Shown piece by piece: positions 18,594 to 30,244 of a DNA stretch of 64,000 bases. The notes under the pieces are model-generated. The model worked only from the letters and a program-made list of their open reading frames with translations. It ran no database searches and was not told the origin of the DNA. The stretch covers positions 1,536,001-1,600,000 of the forward strand of contig CM000207.1 of the NCBI GenBank assembly GCA_000002445.1, written 5' to 3'. The translations under genes were made by a program, and so were the position numbers. This DNA is from Trypanosoma brucei. Lineage: Eukaryota. Each line of letters starts with the position of its first letter. Position 1 is the stretch's first letter.

Positions 18594-20615
18594 TTAGTCA
18601 GCCGCATCATACACCATGTAGTGGATCTGTTCCACTTCTCGGTTGTTATGAGACGTGGTTGAGTTATGAGTTGGAACACTTAGCCGTTCTGTTTTCTCTT
18701 TGAGGCTCTGGTCTCGGTTTGCTGCTATCAACTCACCAATGGTGACGTTGCGTGTCAAGAGAATATCTTTCTGACTCGCACGGGTTTTCAGTTGCATGCG
18801 AAGGTTTTTCTTCATGGTGCATCTCATTGTCGCTTTCTCCCGTGAGGTAATGCCGTCTGGGGCATACACGCTGGGGTAAAATGTTCCTGTTTCAGGAATA
18901 GCTTTAATGCAGCTTTCCACTACCTCTTTACTCGGCATGGGTGGCAGAAATGCTGCGACCAATTCCACGACACAAAGCAGAAAAAGGACAGACGATAGCA
19001 CAAGTTCCACAGGCCATGGACCAGGGCGCACCACCTCAATAATGTAATTGGGACAGAAGCGCTGCGCCATCATGCAGGAAAGAGCGTCACCATCACCAAA
19101 GAAAGAGCAATCAATTTTGTGTCGAGAGTGGGATAGAATAAAAATGGTGTAAGCTGAGAGCACGGCGGCGGCTGCCGCCAACAAAATTTGCACACACATT
19201 ACGACCATGTGAAAAAGTGGGCGCGATTTTACCGCAAGCGACCGTGCAGTGAAGTAACCCACCAGCAATGTTGCTACTGATGCGAGGAGCATGCAGCACG
19301 TCGCTCCCACAACAAAATGCCCCGGAACGGGCGCGTTTCCAAAAAGGAAAGCGGTATGAACTTGGGCCAGCGCCGTGTTGTTATTGTCATCACAGAACGT
19401 CTGTTCACAGTACTCATCCGATATGTTATGATCTGCAGAGCCTGAGCAGGTATTTGATGATGCATCACGGCAACACGACCCCATGGCACTACGAAGGTAA
19501 ACGGTAAGAATCACACCGAACCCCGCCCCCAGGATAGCTACCGGGAAAGCAACTAACAGGCGGATACGGTTGAGACGAAAACGCGGGTTCAACCCACGAA
19601 GAAGAATATCAAAAAATTGGATGTCCAAAGGCCTAATGTTCGGGTACCTCATTCCTTCAAAAGGTGACTTTCCTTCGGGCGTGTCACTCCCCTCGTGACT
19701 CTCAGTCACTTCATCCTTATATCCCTTCCAATCGCTTACTCGTTGCGGTTTGTAAACAGTCCGGCTATTTGCTCGGCTGTCAGCAGGCGAGTCGTAGCCA
19801 AGTGCACCCAATGTCAAACTTGCACCGTGTGTTATCGAAGCATTGCAACCATCGAGTAGTAATGTATCCTCAGGGATAAAAGGTAGTGGACTTGCATTTC
19901 CTTCACCGTTATCCCCCACTTCCTCCTTCTCCTTCTCGAGCTCAGGTGCAAGTCTAAGGGGACACCATGAACCATCGCCGTGGTCAAACTCTAATGCAAG
20001 GAGTGTGCGGCCCCCATCGCCTGGTCTCCTTGTTGCTTCCGCCGCTGACAACTCTGTGCGGGGAGTAAATGAACTTCTTGACCTTACCGCCGAATACACC
20101 GCGACCCTCGTCCTGTCTGGAGATAACACCACAACGTCAACTTGCATCTCATTAAGAAACTTGAAGAAATGTTTTAACTGCAACTTTACTTTTTTGCTCA
20201 TTCGTCTCTCATCTGCACCTGCGAGGAATCGCGCCTTTACGGCATCAATGATATCTCCGCAATGATCCACTGTTCCCCACAAACCGAATGATGTGGCCAC
20301 GATGACGTTATTTGACCGTAATGCGCATCTTTGAAGGTCGCTGCATTTCAGCGCCTCCACCAGCGGCGGGTTCGTTACCCCACTGCCGACACTCATCCCT
20401 CTTTCCCCATCTTTTTCTTCCTTTGTCAACCTTTTCAGTTGATCGAGGAGCTCGCTTGAGATCGGGTGAAGAAACACAAACTCCGAACTGAAGTCCAACT
20501 TCCCCAGACCCACTCTAAAGCCCTTCATGTGTTTCGTTCCATAGGCATCGGTGGGAATGAGTGGGGTAAAGTCCTGCAAGTGGTTGCGGACGGAAGGGAT
20601 GACGTCTCCTTCCAT
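18594..20615 (-). CDS. Hypothetical protein with a C-terminal polytopic membrane domain (~670 aa). The start is moved to MEGDVIPSV..., because the 5' 33 codons of the track ORF are translated (TA)n microsatellite.
   Basis: The track ORF begins MLYIYIYIYI, derived from the (TA)n repeat at 20684-20711. The internal ATG is at 20615. The C-terminal half has at least 6 hydrophobic helices. Confidence 0.6.
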   Translation of the reverse strand: MEGDVIPSVRNHLQDFTPLIPTDAYGTKHMKGFRVGLGKLDFSSEFVFLHPISSELLDQLKRLTKEEKDGERGMSVGSGVTNPPLVEALKCSDLQRCALRSNNVIVATSFGLWGTVDHCGDIIDAVKARFLAGADERRMSKKVKLQLKHFFKFLNEMQVDVVVLSPDRTRVAVYSAVRSRSSFTPRTELSAAEATRRPGDGGRTLLALEFDHGDGSWCPLRLAPELEKEKEEVGDNGEGNASPLPFIPEDTLLLDGCNASITHGASLTLGALGYDSPADSRANSRTVYKPQRVSDWKGYKDEVTESHEGSDTPEGKSPFEGMRYPNIRPLDIQFFDILLRGLNPRFRLNRIRLLVAFPVAILGAGFGVILTVYLRSAMGSCCRDASSNTCSGSADHNISDEYCEQTFCDDNNNTALAQVHTAFLFGNAPVPGHFVVGATCCMLLASVATLLVGYFTARSLAVKSRPLFHMVVMCVQILLAAAAAVLSAYTIFILSHSRHKIDCSFFGDGDALSCMMAQRFCPNYIIEVVRPGPWPVELVLSSVLFLLCVVELVAAFLPPMPSKEVVESCIKAIPETGTFYPSVYAPDGITSREKATMRCTMKKNLRMQLKTRASQKDILLTRNVTIGELIAANRDQSLKEKTERLSVPTHNSTTSHNNREVEQIHYMVYDAAD

Positions 20616-20683
20616 GTAACACTGTACGATAGAACAAACAAGGTGCAAAACCAATAGAGAAATAAAGCAGATGAAGAAGAAAG

Positions 20684-20711
20684 ATATATATATATATATA
20701 TATATATATAA
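20684..20711. repeat. (AT)14 microsatellite (it inflates the 5' end of the track ORF 18594..20714)
   Basis: Direct. Confidence 0.9.
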
Positions 20712-20918
20712 CATATATAAAGAAATGAAAATGGAAAATACAAGGTAACGAAGGTTTCACAAGGATTGGATTTGCTTTCGGTGCACCGTTTATGCTGTAC
20801 CAACGAAAGGTGAGGAAGAGGAGGAGGAGGGAAGAGGCAAAAAAGTCGGGTGTTGTCACTGGCAACGCAACATTAACGTGATGGCATCAGTCAATACTCA
20901 CTCGCGCGACACCACTTT

Positions 20919-21395
20919 TTACGCATCTTCTTCCTCGTTATCATCCTCCTCAATCGAGCCGGAGACACTCACTGCCTCATCTTCTGATATTTCATCCCCA
21001 ACTGGGTACGTTGTTAGTGCAACGACGTCAGCTACCAGCTGTTTGAAGGAATCGAAGTCTAATGCCCCAGCGATATACCCTGTGCAGAGGTATCGGCAAA
21101 AATCCTGCGGTTGCTGCCACTCCTTCATCACTGCCTCAGCAAGTTGCTCTAATGACACTGCAGAACCTGAAGCTGCCTCTCGCTCACCAAACGTTTCAAG
21201 TATGGTATTTACTAGTGCACCGTACCGTTTGAATAGGGAGAAAAACTCCAGTGCCTCAGAACTGTCGTTGGCTGCCTCCAGCCGCTGGACGATATTATAT
21301 TCTTCAGAAAAGAAGTTTCCAATGGCGTCTGTGTTAGCTCCCTCACCAAAGAAGGCATCAAGGCGCTCCAACAATTCATTTCCCTCTCCCTGCAT
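20919..21395 (-). CDS. BART-domain protein (ARL2BP-like; ARF-like 2 binding protein family)
   Basis: ALEFFSLFKRYGALVNTILETF and GALDFDSFKQLVADV resemble the ARL2BP helices (YTPIFNEYISLVEKYIEEQL / TDFLAFKEMFLDY). It has an acidic C-terminal tail. The start is set at MQGEGNELLERL. Confidence 0.55.
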   Translation of the reverse strand: MQGEGNELLERLDAFFGEGANTDAIGNFFSEEYNIVQRLEAANDSSEALEFFSLFKRYGALVNTILETFGEREAASGSAVSLEQLAEAVMKEWQQPQDFCRYLCTGYIAGALDFDSFKQLVADVVALTTYPVGDEISEDEAVSVSGSIEEDDNEEEDA

Positions 21396-22365
21396 TCCTC
21401 TTGTCTGTAGTGTTTCACCGCACCACCGCAACTTGGTATGAAATTGATTATTGTGTTGCTTTCTTATCCAAACTTAGTTCACTACGCGGTTTCTCCTTCT
21501 TCTATTTCCACACTGTGCCGCTGATGGGAAAGGAAATAAGGGAGCAGGGAAGGAGAGGCAAGACAAAATGTACAAAAAGAAACACTATGGAAGGTATTAA
21601 TGTCGGGGCGCACCGGCAAAGCGCAGAGCTGAACTCCTCGCCACAGTTCGGCGTGAGGGACCGACGCCTGTGGCAAAGTGTTTAGAGGGAAATGCCTCTG
21701 GCCCCTCCCCCCATCCAACTCATGAACAAAAATTAAATAAAACGAACAATAGAAGTAATAAATAGGTAATAGTTACGGAAATATATGTGGGTAGATAATT
21801 AGAGATGGAGAGATCGAAACGAGGATATCTACCCCCCGCCCCCAATGTTCATGAGTTTCCGAGAGTTGGGAGTAATATCTCGCACGCGAAGGAAACAAGA
21901 GGTTGCTGTAAAACGGAATGAGAGGTAATAAGGGGAGGGGAAAATAATAAATAAAGGCAGCGCAAACGAGATATAAGAACAACATATTTTGTCTCATCAC
22001 TCCCACTGCTCAGATCGGCCTTCCGCCTTTCCCCCATCCGATGCCACACCGGATATTTACCCCATTGTTCTTTCCCATTCCTAATACTTTTGGGCGCCTC
22101 TTCTTCCCTTCTCTACCGGTTCTCCCATTGGTTTCTTTCTTCTCCTATTTTCTTCTGTCATTTGTTTTGTTCCTTGTTTATTTCCCTTTCATTGTTTGTT
22201 GTTGCTGTTGTTATAAAGAACGTTTAGTAGTAGTTCTTGATACGGGCACGTATACCTCTTCGGCTTTCTCCTGTTAATTGTTAGGTGAGGCTGAAGAGGA
22301 GACCGCCGAGTCGTTACCTCGTACGTTCCTTTTACGTTCCCGTGCTGTACGCGCAACTGCGCGTA

Positions 22366-22872
22366 TTATTCCTCCAAATCCTTCAAGTCCGCTGGTGCAT
22401 CCTCCTCCTCATCATCCGAATCGTCATCCATGGCTCCCATGTCCATACCTCCCATATCCATACCTCCCATGTTCATCATGTTGGAGAGGTCTCCATAGTC
22501 GCCAAATCCGGCGGGCACCTCATCCGCCTCGTCTTCATCCTTCCACAAATTCCAGTCAACAGAGAGCCAATTCTTTGTGCTGCTCGTTGGTTGGTCCACC
22601 AGCTTGTTCCAGTACCCTTCATCCTTTTTCGCCGCGCATACCTGAATGGACACGCCTAGCACCTTGAAGCTGGACTTCTCCGGCACAATTTCCTTCAGAA
22701 GGGTTATTTCATCCTTCAACTCGTGTGGCTCGCTGGAGCGCTGCGTGACGCCCTGACCGCTGATTTTGATCGTCTTGTCGGTGAAGGTGATGTTAACATC
22801 CTTCGCTGACGCCACCTGGAGGGTGATGTACAACTTATCATTGCGCTCTGCCCACTTGGTTGGAATGTGCAT
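22366..22872 (-). CDS. HSP90 co-chaperone p23 (CS domain), with a C-terminal (MGGMD)n and acidic tail
   Basis: PTKWAERNDKLYITLQVASAKDVNITFTDKTIKISG...WNKL...NWLSVDWNLWKD versus human p23 [35 protein letters not shown]...WPRL...NWLSVDFNNWKD. Confidence 0.85.
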   Translation of the reverse strand: MHIPTKWAERNDKLYITLQVASAKDVNITFTDKTIKISGQGVTQRSSEPHELKDEITLLKEIVPEKSSFKVLGVSIQVCAAKKDEGYWNKLVDQPTSSTKNWLSVDWNLWKDEDEADEVPAGFGDYGDLSNMMNMGGMDMGGMDMGAMDDDSDDEEEDAPADLKDLEE

Positions 22873-23740
22873 TTCGTTCCACTGGAAGGAGTAGAAAATG
22901 AGTAAGGGTTGTGTAAAATGTAACCTTATTACAATTGATTAAAAAACACAAAAACACACATACGTACGCACAGTGCAAAAAAAGTGAAACATACGTTCGG
23001 CGTGACATGAAGGCATTGTGCGCGTATGCGGAGGAGAAAGCATAGAAGTTAGAGAATAGAAAGGGGAGAAGTCATAGCGGTTGAGTTAAAACGAAATGTA
23101 TCAACAGATGCACATGTGCAGAATCATATGTTAATGTTTAAGCCGACGTGTCTATATGAATAAATGTTTATTCATATGACGTTACTGTTACACAGATGAA
23201 CAGTGCTTATTCGTCAAGTCACCAACAAGTGAAGGAATTAAAAGAGAAGTGGGAAAGGGACACCACCCGGGGCGGTTATTCTCCTCAACCGCCTTATTGA
23301 GAAAAACATATTCTCCTCGTTCGGTCACTTGCGTCTTCTTTCTCTCTCTTTCTTTCTCTCCCTCCTGTTTTCTCATCATTTCTTCCTCCATCTTGCCCCC
23401 TTTTCACTTCTGAATGCAACAAAAACCGTCAACTCCCTCCCTCACCTTCGCACAATTAATTCATCACAGATGTATAAACTGTTACGAACAGAAGGGGAGA
23501 GGTGATGATAAGGAGGATAAGTGCAAGAAATGGAAAGGGAGGGAAAAAGTCATGGTAGCGCATCCAACTGCGCCGACAAATGCGCGCGTCCACTCCCGTA
23601 TTCAAACCTCCTTCATGCTGTGTCTTTTCACAACTGTGCTTTGAAAAAGTAAAAAAAAAAGCTATGCACGCTCCCAAAGCTTCATTTATCTTTTTCTTTC
23701 TTTCTGTTGCGGCTAACGTTGGTCCATATGAGCATCACAT

Positions 23741-23968
23741 CTATTCCTTTGGTACTTCCCGAATGTACAACACATTATTGTTACGCAGCAGCATGTCTCC
23801 AAGTTCCGTCTCCTGTTTTGCCTTTTCCACTGCATCACGCAGTTGCAAATTCATGTACGGATCACAACTGACAAGTGTACCAACATATACGGGGCCCCAT
23901 TTACTCTTCACATGGACTGTGTTACCCACCAAACTTGCGAGAAACGCCGCCGGTACATTTGCATCCAT
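23741..23968 (-). CDS. Sm-like protein (SmF/LSm6 type, 75 aa)
   Basis: Sm1/Sm2 motifs: [31 protein letters not shown] ... NNVLYIREV, compared with SmF [29 protein letters not shown]...NNVLYIRGV. Confidence 0.75.
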   Translation of the reverse strand: MDANVPAAFLASLVGNTVHVKSKWGPVYVGTLVSCDPYMNLQLRDAVEKAKQETELGDMLLRNNNVLYIREVPKE

Positions 23969-23989
23969 TACTTTCTTATTTAATTTTAA

Positions 23990-26900
23990 ATTTGCACCTT
24001 CTTACTATTTTTTTTTTATCTGTATGTTTGTCCGTATGGTTTGATTTCTTTTTCCCCTTCCCTCCGTAGGCACACCGGCTGAAAATTACAACGATAATAA
24101 AGTGGAGTAAAAAAAAAGAAAGAAAGTAAAGTCAGAAATTGGCCGCAATAATAATAATAACGAACAACAACAACAGCAACAAAAAAAAAATAATTAAAGA
24201 CAAAAACAACATATAACCATGGAAATTTTGGGACAGATGTAAAGAAAAGATATTTAAAAAATTAAATTAAAAAGAATAGCTCCACAAGGGAAGAATGCGT
24301 ATCAGAATAAAAGGTACACAATACCAATTCTCCTAACGGACGAAACCACATCAAAAACATTCCTCCCTCTCTCTCTTTCTCTCACATTTTATCCCAACTA
24401 ACACATAACATAACAATACGTAAAATATTGTACGACATTACGTAGTTGTGACACCTTTTCATGTTGTTGCGATGCTCGCAAAACTCCTATTGTTTTTTTT
24501 AAAAACATTATGCCATGATTTTTCCTTTCCTATCCTATCCTATTTATTTAATTATTTTTAAGTTGTTGCTTATCATAAGGTGATATTATTCCCTTTCAGG
24601 CGCATTCGACTCCTTCAGAAAAAAGAAAATGAAAAAGAAAGAATGTGAGTTCAGCAGTACAGGACGAAAGTAAGAGCACGCAGATAATTGAATTTATTTT
24701 TTTATTTTTAAAGAAAAATAATAATTGAGAAACTCAACGGTGAGATATTTTTGAACAAAAACATTTCAGTTGGAAATAAATTCGAAAGAGTTGTTCGTTC
24801 ATTTTCTTTTTTTTTCCTTTAAAATGACCTTTTTCGTGTTCCCCATTTTTAATTTCCTTCCTTCCACTGTTTTTCTTTTTTCCTTTTTCACTTATCTATC
24901 TAATTTTGATCTTCTTTAGGTTTACAACAAGCGGAAAGGAATTCACATGAGGAACACACTCCCCCCCCCCAATACACCACACACACACAAAAAAAAAAAT
25001 GTAAATGTAAATATCACGAGTTGAAAGCGGTTCCGCAATGGAGATTGTAAGAGGTGTAATTCCAATAAAACAGAACGAACCAAAGGGAAGTTTGAACGGT
25101 GTCCATACGGTGTTATTAATGTTGCTTTTATAGAATTTGAAAGTTAAATAAATAAATAAAAAGACGGAAGAGAAGTTGAAAGAGTTTTCTTTCCTTTTTT
25201 TTGTAAAAAAAAAAAGGAAAAAGAAGAAAAAGAACCACACTGGGGAGGTGGGCGACGGTGTTTTACTTTACTGTACCCCTTCCTGCTATTTATTCCCTTC
25301 ATTGTTCCTCTCATCACAGTTTGTAATAACGATAACAATAACAATACAAGTAAACATGATAATGATAAGTGAATCAATATCTCTTCTCAAATAATATTTG
25401 TGTACAAATAAAATTGATGAAAGCAAAAAGAAAAAAAAGAAGGGGAAAAAGAGGAAGAAAGAACCTATACAAGAGTCACCAGGTAGTAAAGCTTCAGTGC
25501 ATTCTTTTTGTTTTTTCTTCTTTTTTCTTTTCTTTTAAAAAAAAAAAACGCCGGAAAAAAAATGTTGTTGAGGTGACTTCCACATTTTTCATCGTTTTGT
25601 TCCCCCCCCCCCGTAATAGATAAAACACACACACACACACACTTTCCCCCGTCTGTTATATTTATTTATATAACTCCATTTGAACACTCGTTTATATGTG
25701 CCAATATCTTCTTTTTTTTTTTCTCGTCCTCTCTTCACTCCATATTTTGGTCCTCACACCGCCCCTCACCTTCTTCGTAGCAAAACTAAAAACAAAAAAG
25801 AAAAACAAAAAAAAAAATTTGGTTCGAAAATGAAAACTTAATTTAATTTAATTTAATTTGCAAAAACAAACAAACAATAAAGAGATAAACCCTTTTGGGC
25901 AGCATTATCGATGAGAATAATACTAATAATAGTAATAAGTTTTCTCATCAATATATGTAATAGCAGCGGAATATGATATAATGGTACAAAGCGAGTGCTG
26001 TATCATTTCAAAAAGTGAATATATATATATATATATATTTATAATGAAAAACAAAAACCGAAGAAAAATTAATGGCAACGTGTGACCTCTTAACCACTTT
26101 TCTTCATTTCACTCAAAACTTTCACTCATTTCTTCCCCCTCCTCCAATACATCCACACACAAGTGAAAATTAAAAAAAAAAAGAAAAAAAGAGGAAATAT
26201 ATATATAACGGATCAAATAAAGCAGCCAAACAGCACCAAAGAAAAGTAAAAAAGAAAAAAAAAGAATGTTTTATTTCATTATTACCTGCTGCCGTATCAT
26301 CCACCTCCTCTTATTTTTCTTTTTTACAATTTTCGTTCCTCTTACATGAGAGGTTGTTACACCGAAAGTATAAACAAAAAAAAAAGAAAGAGGGGTTTCT
26401 CTTTTGTGTGAAAATATAAATACGGAACGTCAAAAATAAATAATTCGATTGAAGCAAAGTGTTTGAAGGAGAAACAAAAACGAAAAGTAGAAAAAGCAGC
26501 ATTCATCCAATAATCCAAAAAGCGTTTTTGTATAAGTCAGAAGAGAACAGAAACTGGGAAAATAACTGTTTGTTTTTTTTTTTCCTTTCTTCTCCTTTTC
26601 AATTATATTCTATTAAAATGTTGTTATTGTCAAAGTTCCCTTTTTTTTTTATAGAAAAAAATTTCCATCAGTACAAATGCAAAATGACAACGGCAACATC
26701 ACGAACAGACACCCAAAGGAGGAAAATTGTGATCGGTTAAAAATGCGATGAAAATTAAAAAAAAAAATTCTCCCACTCTGTTTTCTTTACTTTCTTCTTC
26801 TTCTCGTCACGCCTTTTAAAAAAAAAAAAGAACTATTGGTGTTTGCTCTTTTCTAATAATAATAATAATTATTATTATTATTTTGGTTTATATTCCCCAC

Positions 26901-27164
26901 TACTTCTTTATATTCATTCACTCATTTTTATTACCTCCCCCTTATTATAATAATTAGTATTATTATTATTATTATTATTTGCCTCCTCTTTGTGGTGCAT
27001 TTGTAATTGCAAGTAGCCAACACCACCACCACTACCACCCTTCTTTTTTTTTTCCTTCTTTTTTTCCCCCTTTTTTTTTGTTTCCACCAGTTTGTGTAAG
27101 TTCCAGTTCCCTCATGCAATATTTTTCCCAGACATATTTTTCTTTTCTCTTTCTTTTGTCAAAC

Positions 27165-27198
<34 letters not shown>

Positions 27199-29866
27199 AA
27201 ATATGTGCTTGAGCATTTGGATACCGCGTGCAGTGGACAAAACAGCGCTAATGTTACAACTAAGGAAAAGTTGGAACGCATTGAGGGGAGGAAAAAAAAA
27301 TTTTTTTTTTTAAAAAGGAAGAAACCGCAATAAATAAATAGATAAATGGAGATTGTTTTTTTTTTCCTCCTGCTTTAAAAATCATTCACTTGAAAATTTA
27401 AATGCGTGCTCGTGTGCGCTGAGAAGCAAAAAGAAAAACAAAAAAAAAAGAAAAGAAACAGATTAATTTTTTTTTTAAAAAAATGAGAACTAGTGGAAGA
27501 AGAGGAGAATAAAAAGGGACGAGGGAGTATAAATTAAACAGAAATAAATTGTTGATTCATGCTGAAAGACAAAAAAAAAAAGAGGGAAAAGAGGACCGAG
27601 CAATACGCGTGTAGAATTTATACACAGCATACATAAATATAAAACCAGTACAAAAATAAACATAATGACAAAAATAACTGTAGCAATAAAAGCAATCACC
27701 ATCATATTCAGTTGTGACTTCAGCAAAATTATTACGTTCTTCTCTTTTTTTTGTTTTTCCTCCATTTTATTCGTTGCTTTGTTTTACATTTCTTTGTTAC
27801 ATTCTTTTTCTTTTCTCCCTCTAACGGTTACCGTGTCCGTTACCTTTAAAAAGAGGAAAAGAAATCAAAAAAAAAAAAGTTGAAAGAAACCGCAAACGAA
27901 GTCAAGACATTTATAACCAAAGAAAAAAAAATGAAACTTTTTTTTTTTAAAAAAAAGATAGGTACCACTAGCACTGGAAGTATAGAATAAAAAATATATA
28001 AAATACGTAGCACTATTCATTTTTCCTTTTTTTTATTCTCATAATAATCAAAAATAAACAATAATTTTCTTCTCACTTTGTAACGAGAAGAAAGAAGAAA
28101 AAAAAAAACAAAATCGCCCCACAGTTCATCCATAATGGAATGGATGGTAATAAAAGGGGCTGCAGTAAAAAGAAAAGGAAAAGAAAAGAAGAAAACAAAA
28201 CAAAACAAAAAAGCAAATTTAATATAACTTCCCCATGATTCCTTTTTTTTCCCCCTTTTCTTTATTTCTTTATTTGATTTTGTTTTGCCACACGCAATTC
28301 CTCATTTTACTTTCCTTCTCCCATTTCCTTCTTTTCATCATTTGTATTCATTAATGAAAGTTTAATGAATACAAAAGCGTAAAAAAAAAATAAATAAATA
28401 AGAAACAAGAGATTAAAAAAAAACAAAGAAGGGGAAAGGAAAGGAAAGGAGAGGAGAGGAAAAGAAATGCAACAAAATAAATAAATTCGTAACAAAGAAA
28501 GTAAAAAAAAAAGGAAACCACGTACTAAAAGAGACGTCACTAACACCACTGTCAATAAATAAGCACAAAGATATAAAACTATATAGTGAATATATATATA
28601 TATATAGGTATATACAAATATACATATGACCAAAAAGGAGAGGGGAAGAAAAGAAAACAGCAGAAAAATAATATAAAAGAAAAAAAAATTTTAATGCGTG
28701 CACGCGCGAAAACAAAACAGACGAAATGGAAAAAAGAAAAAGGAGCCAAGAGTTCTCTGGGAATAAAGTTCCAAAATCTTCAGCAGCGAAAAAAAAAAAG
28801 AAGCAGGAATGACGGAAGGAGACCGCCTCAATGCTTCATCTCTACACACTAATAAACGGTGACTTTTTTTTTAAAAAAAATTACTCTTGTGTATTCTTTT
28901 CAATTAAGTCTTTGTGTAGGATAAATAAATACGTGCGGAATATATGTTTATTTTGCGTATAATTATGCTGCTGAATTTACTCTACCCCCACTTCGCTTCA
29001 CTCGCTATTTTTCCAGTCTGTATTTTATTTCATAGTACCTTTGCCCCTCCTTTTTTTTAAAAAAAAGGGTCATCTGCTTTTAGCTTTCTCGCGTTTTTTT
29101 TAAAAAATTTTATTTCCTCTCAGTTTCTAATTTTTTCCCCTCCTTTCTTCTTCTTCTATACATTTGTTTTTAATCCTTCCCTATTTGTGGCATTACTGCA
29201 CATTTTCCTTTATATATTTTCCCCTTTAAACTAATCCTGTTTGCTTGTTGTTGTTGTTGTTTTTTTTTTTTACCACCTGAATAGATCATCGTTCGATGGT
29301 GAGCCCATTACTTCGCACTATCAAAAAAATGCCACTAAAAAACCAGCAAGGAAAAAAAATTAACAACAGGGGCACGCCACAGTATTTTAAAATATATTCA
29401 CATAATTTTCCTTCATTTTTTCCTTTCCCGTTTCTTTTTTTTTTAAATTCTCTCACACTGCTCGTCTCAGTTCGTCAATTTTTTTTTTCGCTCTTCTTTC
29501 CATTTAACTCCTTTTTTTTTTACTTTTCCTCCTCCCTTTTTTCTTTTTTTATTTCTAACATGCCACACCTCTCAAACGGCTATGATTATCATTGTGATTC
29601 TCTCCTTTTTACTATACCATCTTCATAAATGGAACAAAACAAAACAAAAAAAGTGAAAATAGTGAAGTAACGAAAAAAAAAAGTAAAAAAAGAATGAACT
29701 GACTTTCACATCATCATATGTACTTGAAGCATGAACCATTTTGCCTTTTTTTTTTTGCATTGTCTCTTTCTCTTTCTCTTTGCCAAGGGCCTTCATGTGA
29801 AGAAATGTTTTTTTTTCCTTCTTCTTCTTCTTTCTTTCTTTTTTTTTTACTTTTTTTTTTTCCACA
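23990..29866. repeat. Gene-free ultra-low-complexity A/T tract of about 5.9 kb: homopolymer A and T runs, (TA)n, (TAA/ATT)n, (GAAA)n-like. Every ORF in it is a poly-K/F/L artefact.
   Basis: Direct inspection shows alternating A-rich and T-rich blocks, for example 24111-24190 and 25191-25230 (A-rich) and 26560-26660 and 29480-29560 (T-rich), with sparse G/C. No coding-like ORF is present. Confidence 0.8.
24081..24210 (-). promoter_or_regulatory. Extended polypyrimidine tract (mRNA sense) upstream of the Sm gene; a likely SL-acceptor and polyadenylation-coupling region at the distal end of the A/T tract
   Basis: + strand gtaaaaaaaaagaaagaaagtaaag...aataataataataacgaacaacaacaacagcaacaaaaaaaaaa. 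Confidence 0.4.
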
Positions 29867-30244
29867 TCACTTGGCTACCCACTCATTAGGGTCCTCACCA
29901 TGAGAGAATCGACAGTTGCGGCGGTTGCAACGACTTCTTAAATGATGTCTGCAAAGGGAAGACGGAGACACCTTCGAATTCCCTGCTGCCGGTTCCACTG
30001 AAGCCTCCTTCGTGTAACCATCGCCACTCGTCCCAAGGAGTAGAACAGTAGTCGACAGATTATTGTTAGGCATCATAAGCGGCCGCACCACCGGCGGGAC
30101 GGGAACCGCAGCCCACATGTAAACGCATTGAGGAACGACTGGAGATGTTTGTGGTGGGGTTGGGGGAAGCGGGTTATACATCATGGGTGCCGCAAGAAAG
30201 AACGGTTGTGTCGGCTGAGGTTCTGCTGCACTGGGGAAGATCAT
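29867..30244 (-). CDS. Small CCCH zinc-finger protein (ZFP1-like), with a proline-rich N-terminal half (NPLPPTPPQTSP) and a single C-terminal C-x7-C-x4-C-x3-H finger. The likely start is the internal MMYNP (about 105 aa).
   Basis: C-terminal CRHHLRSRCNRRNCRFSH, preceded by a Pro-rich region. Its 3' end abuts the 5.9-kb A/T tract. Confidence 0.6.
   Translation of the reverse strand: MIFPSAAEPQPTQPFFLAAPMMYNPLPPTPPQTSPVVPQCVYMWAAVPVPPVVRPLMMPNNNLSTTVLLLGTSGDGYTKEASVEPAAGNSKVSPSSLCRHHLRSRCNRRNCRFSHGEDPNEWVAK

Noticed and set aside
24896-29865. Numerous 60-110 aa ORFs inside the A/T tract (poly-K/F/L/I peptides)
   Set aside because: Pure translation of homopolymer or microsatellite DNA on both strands, with no coding signature.
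23969-29866. Possibility that the A/T tract is a centromere or a strand-switch region
   Set aside because: It lacks the long arrays of a defined AT-rich unit typical of trypanosome centromeres, and transcription direction is the same on both sides, so it is not a divergent or convergent SSR. The long 3' UTR or head-to-tail boundary explanations are kept as a finding instead.
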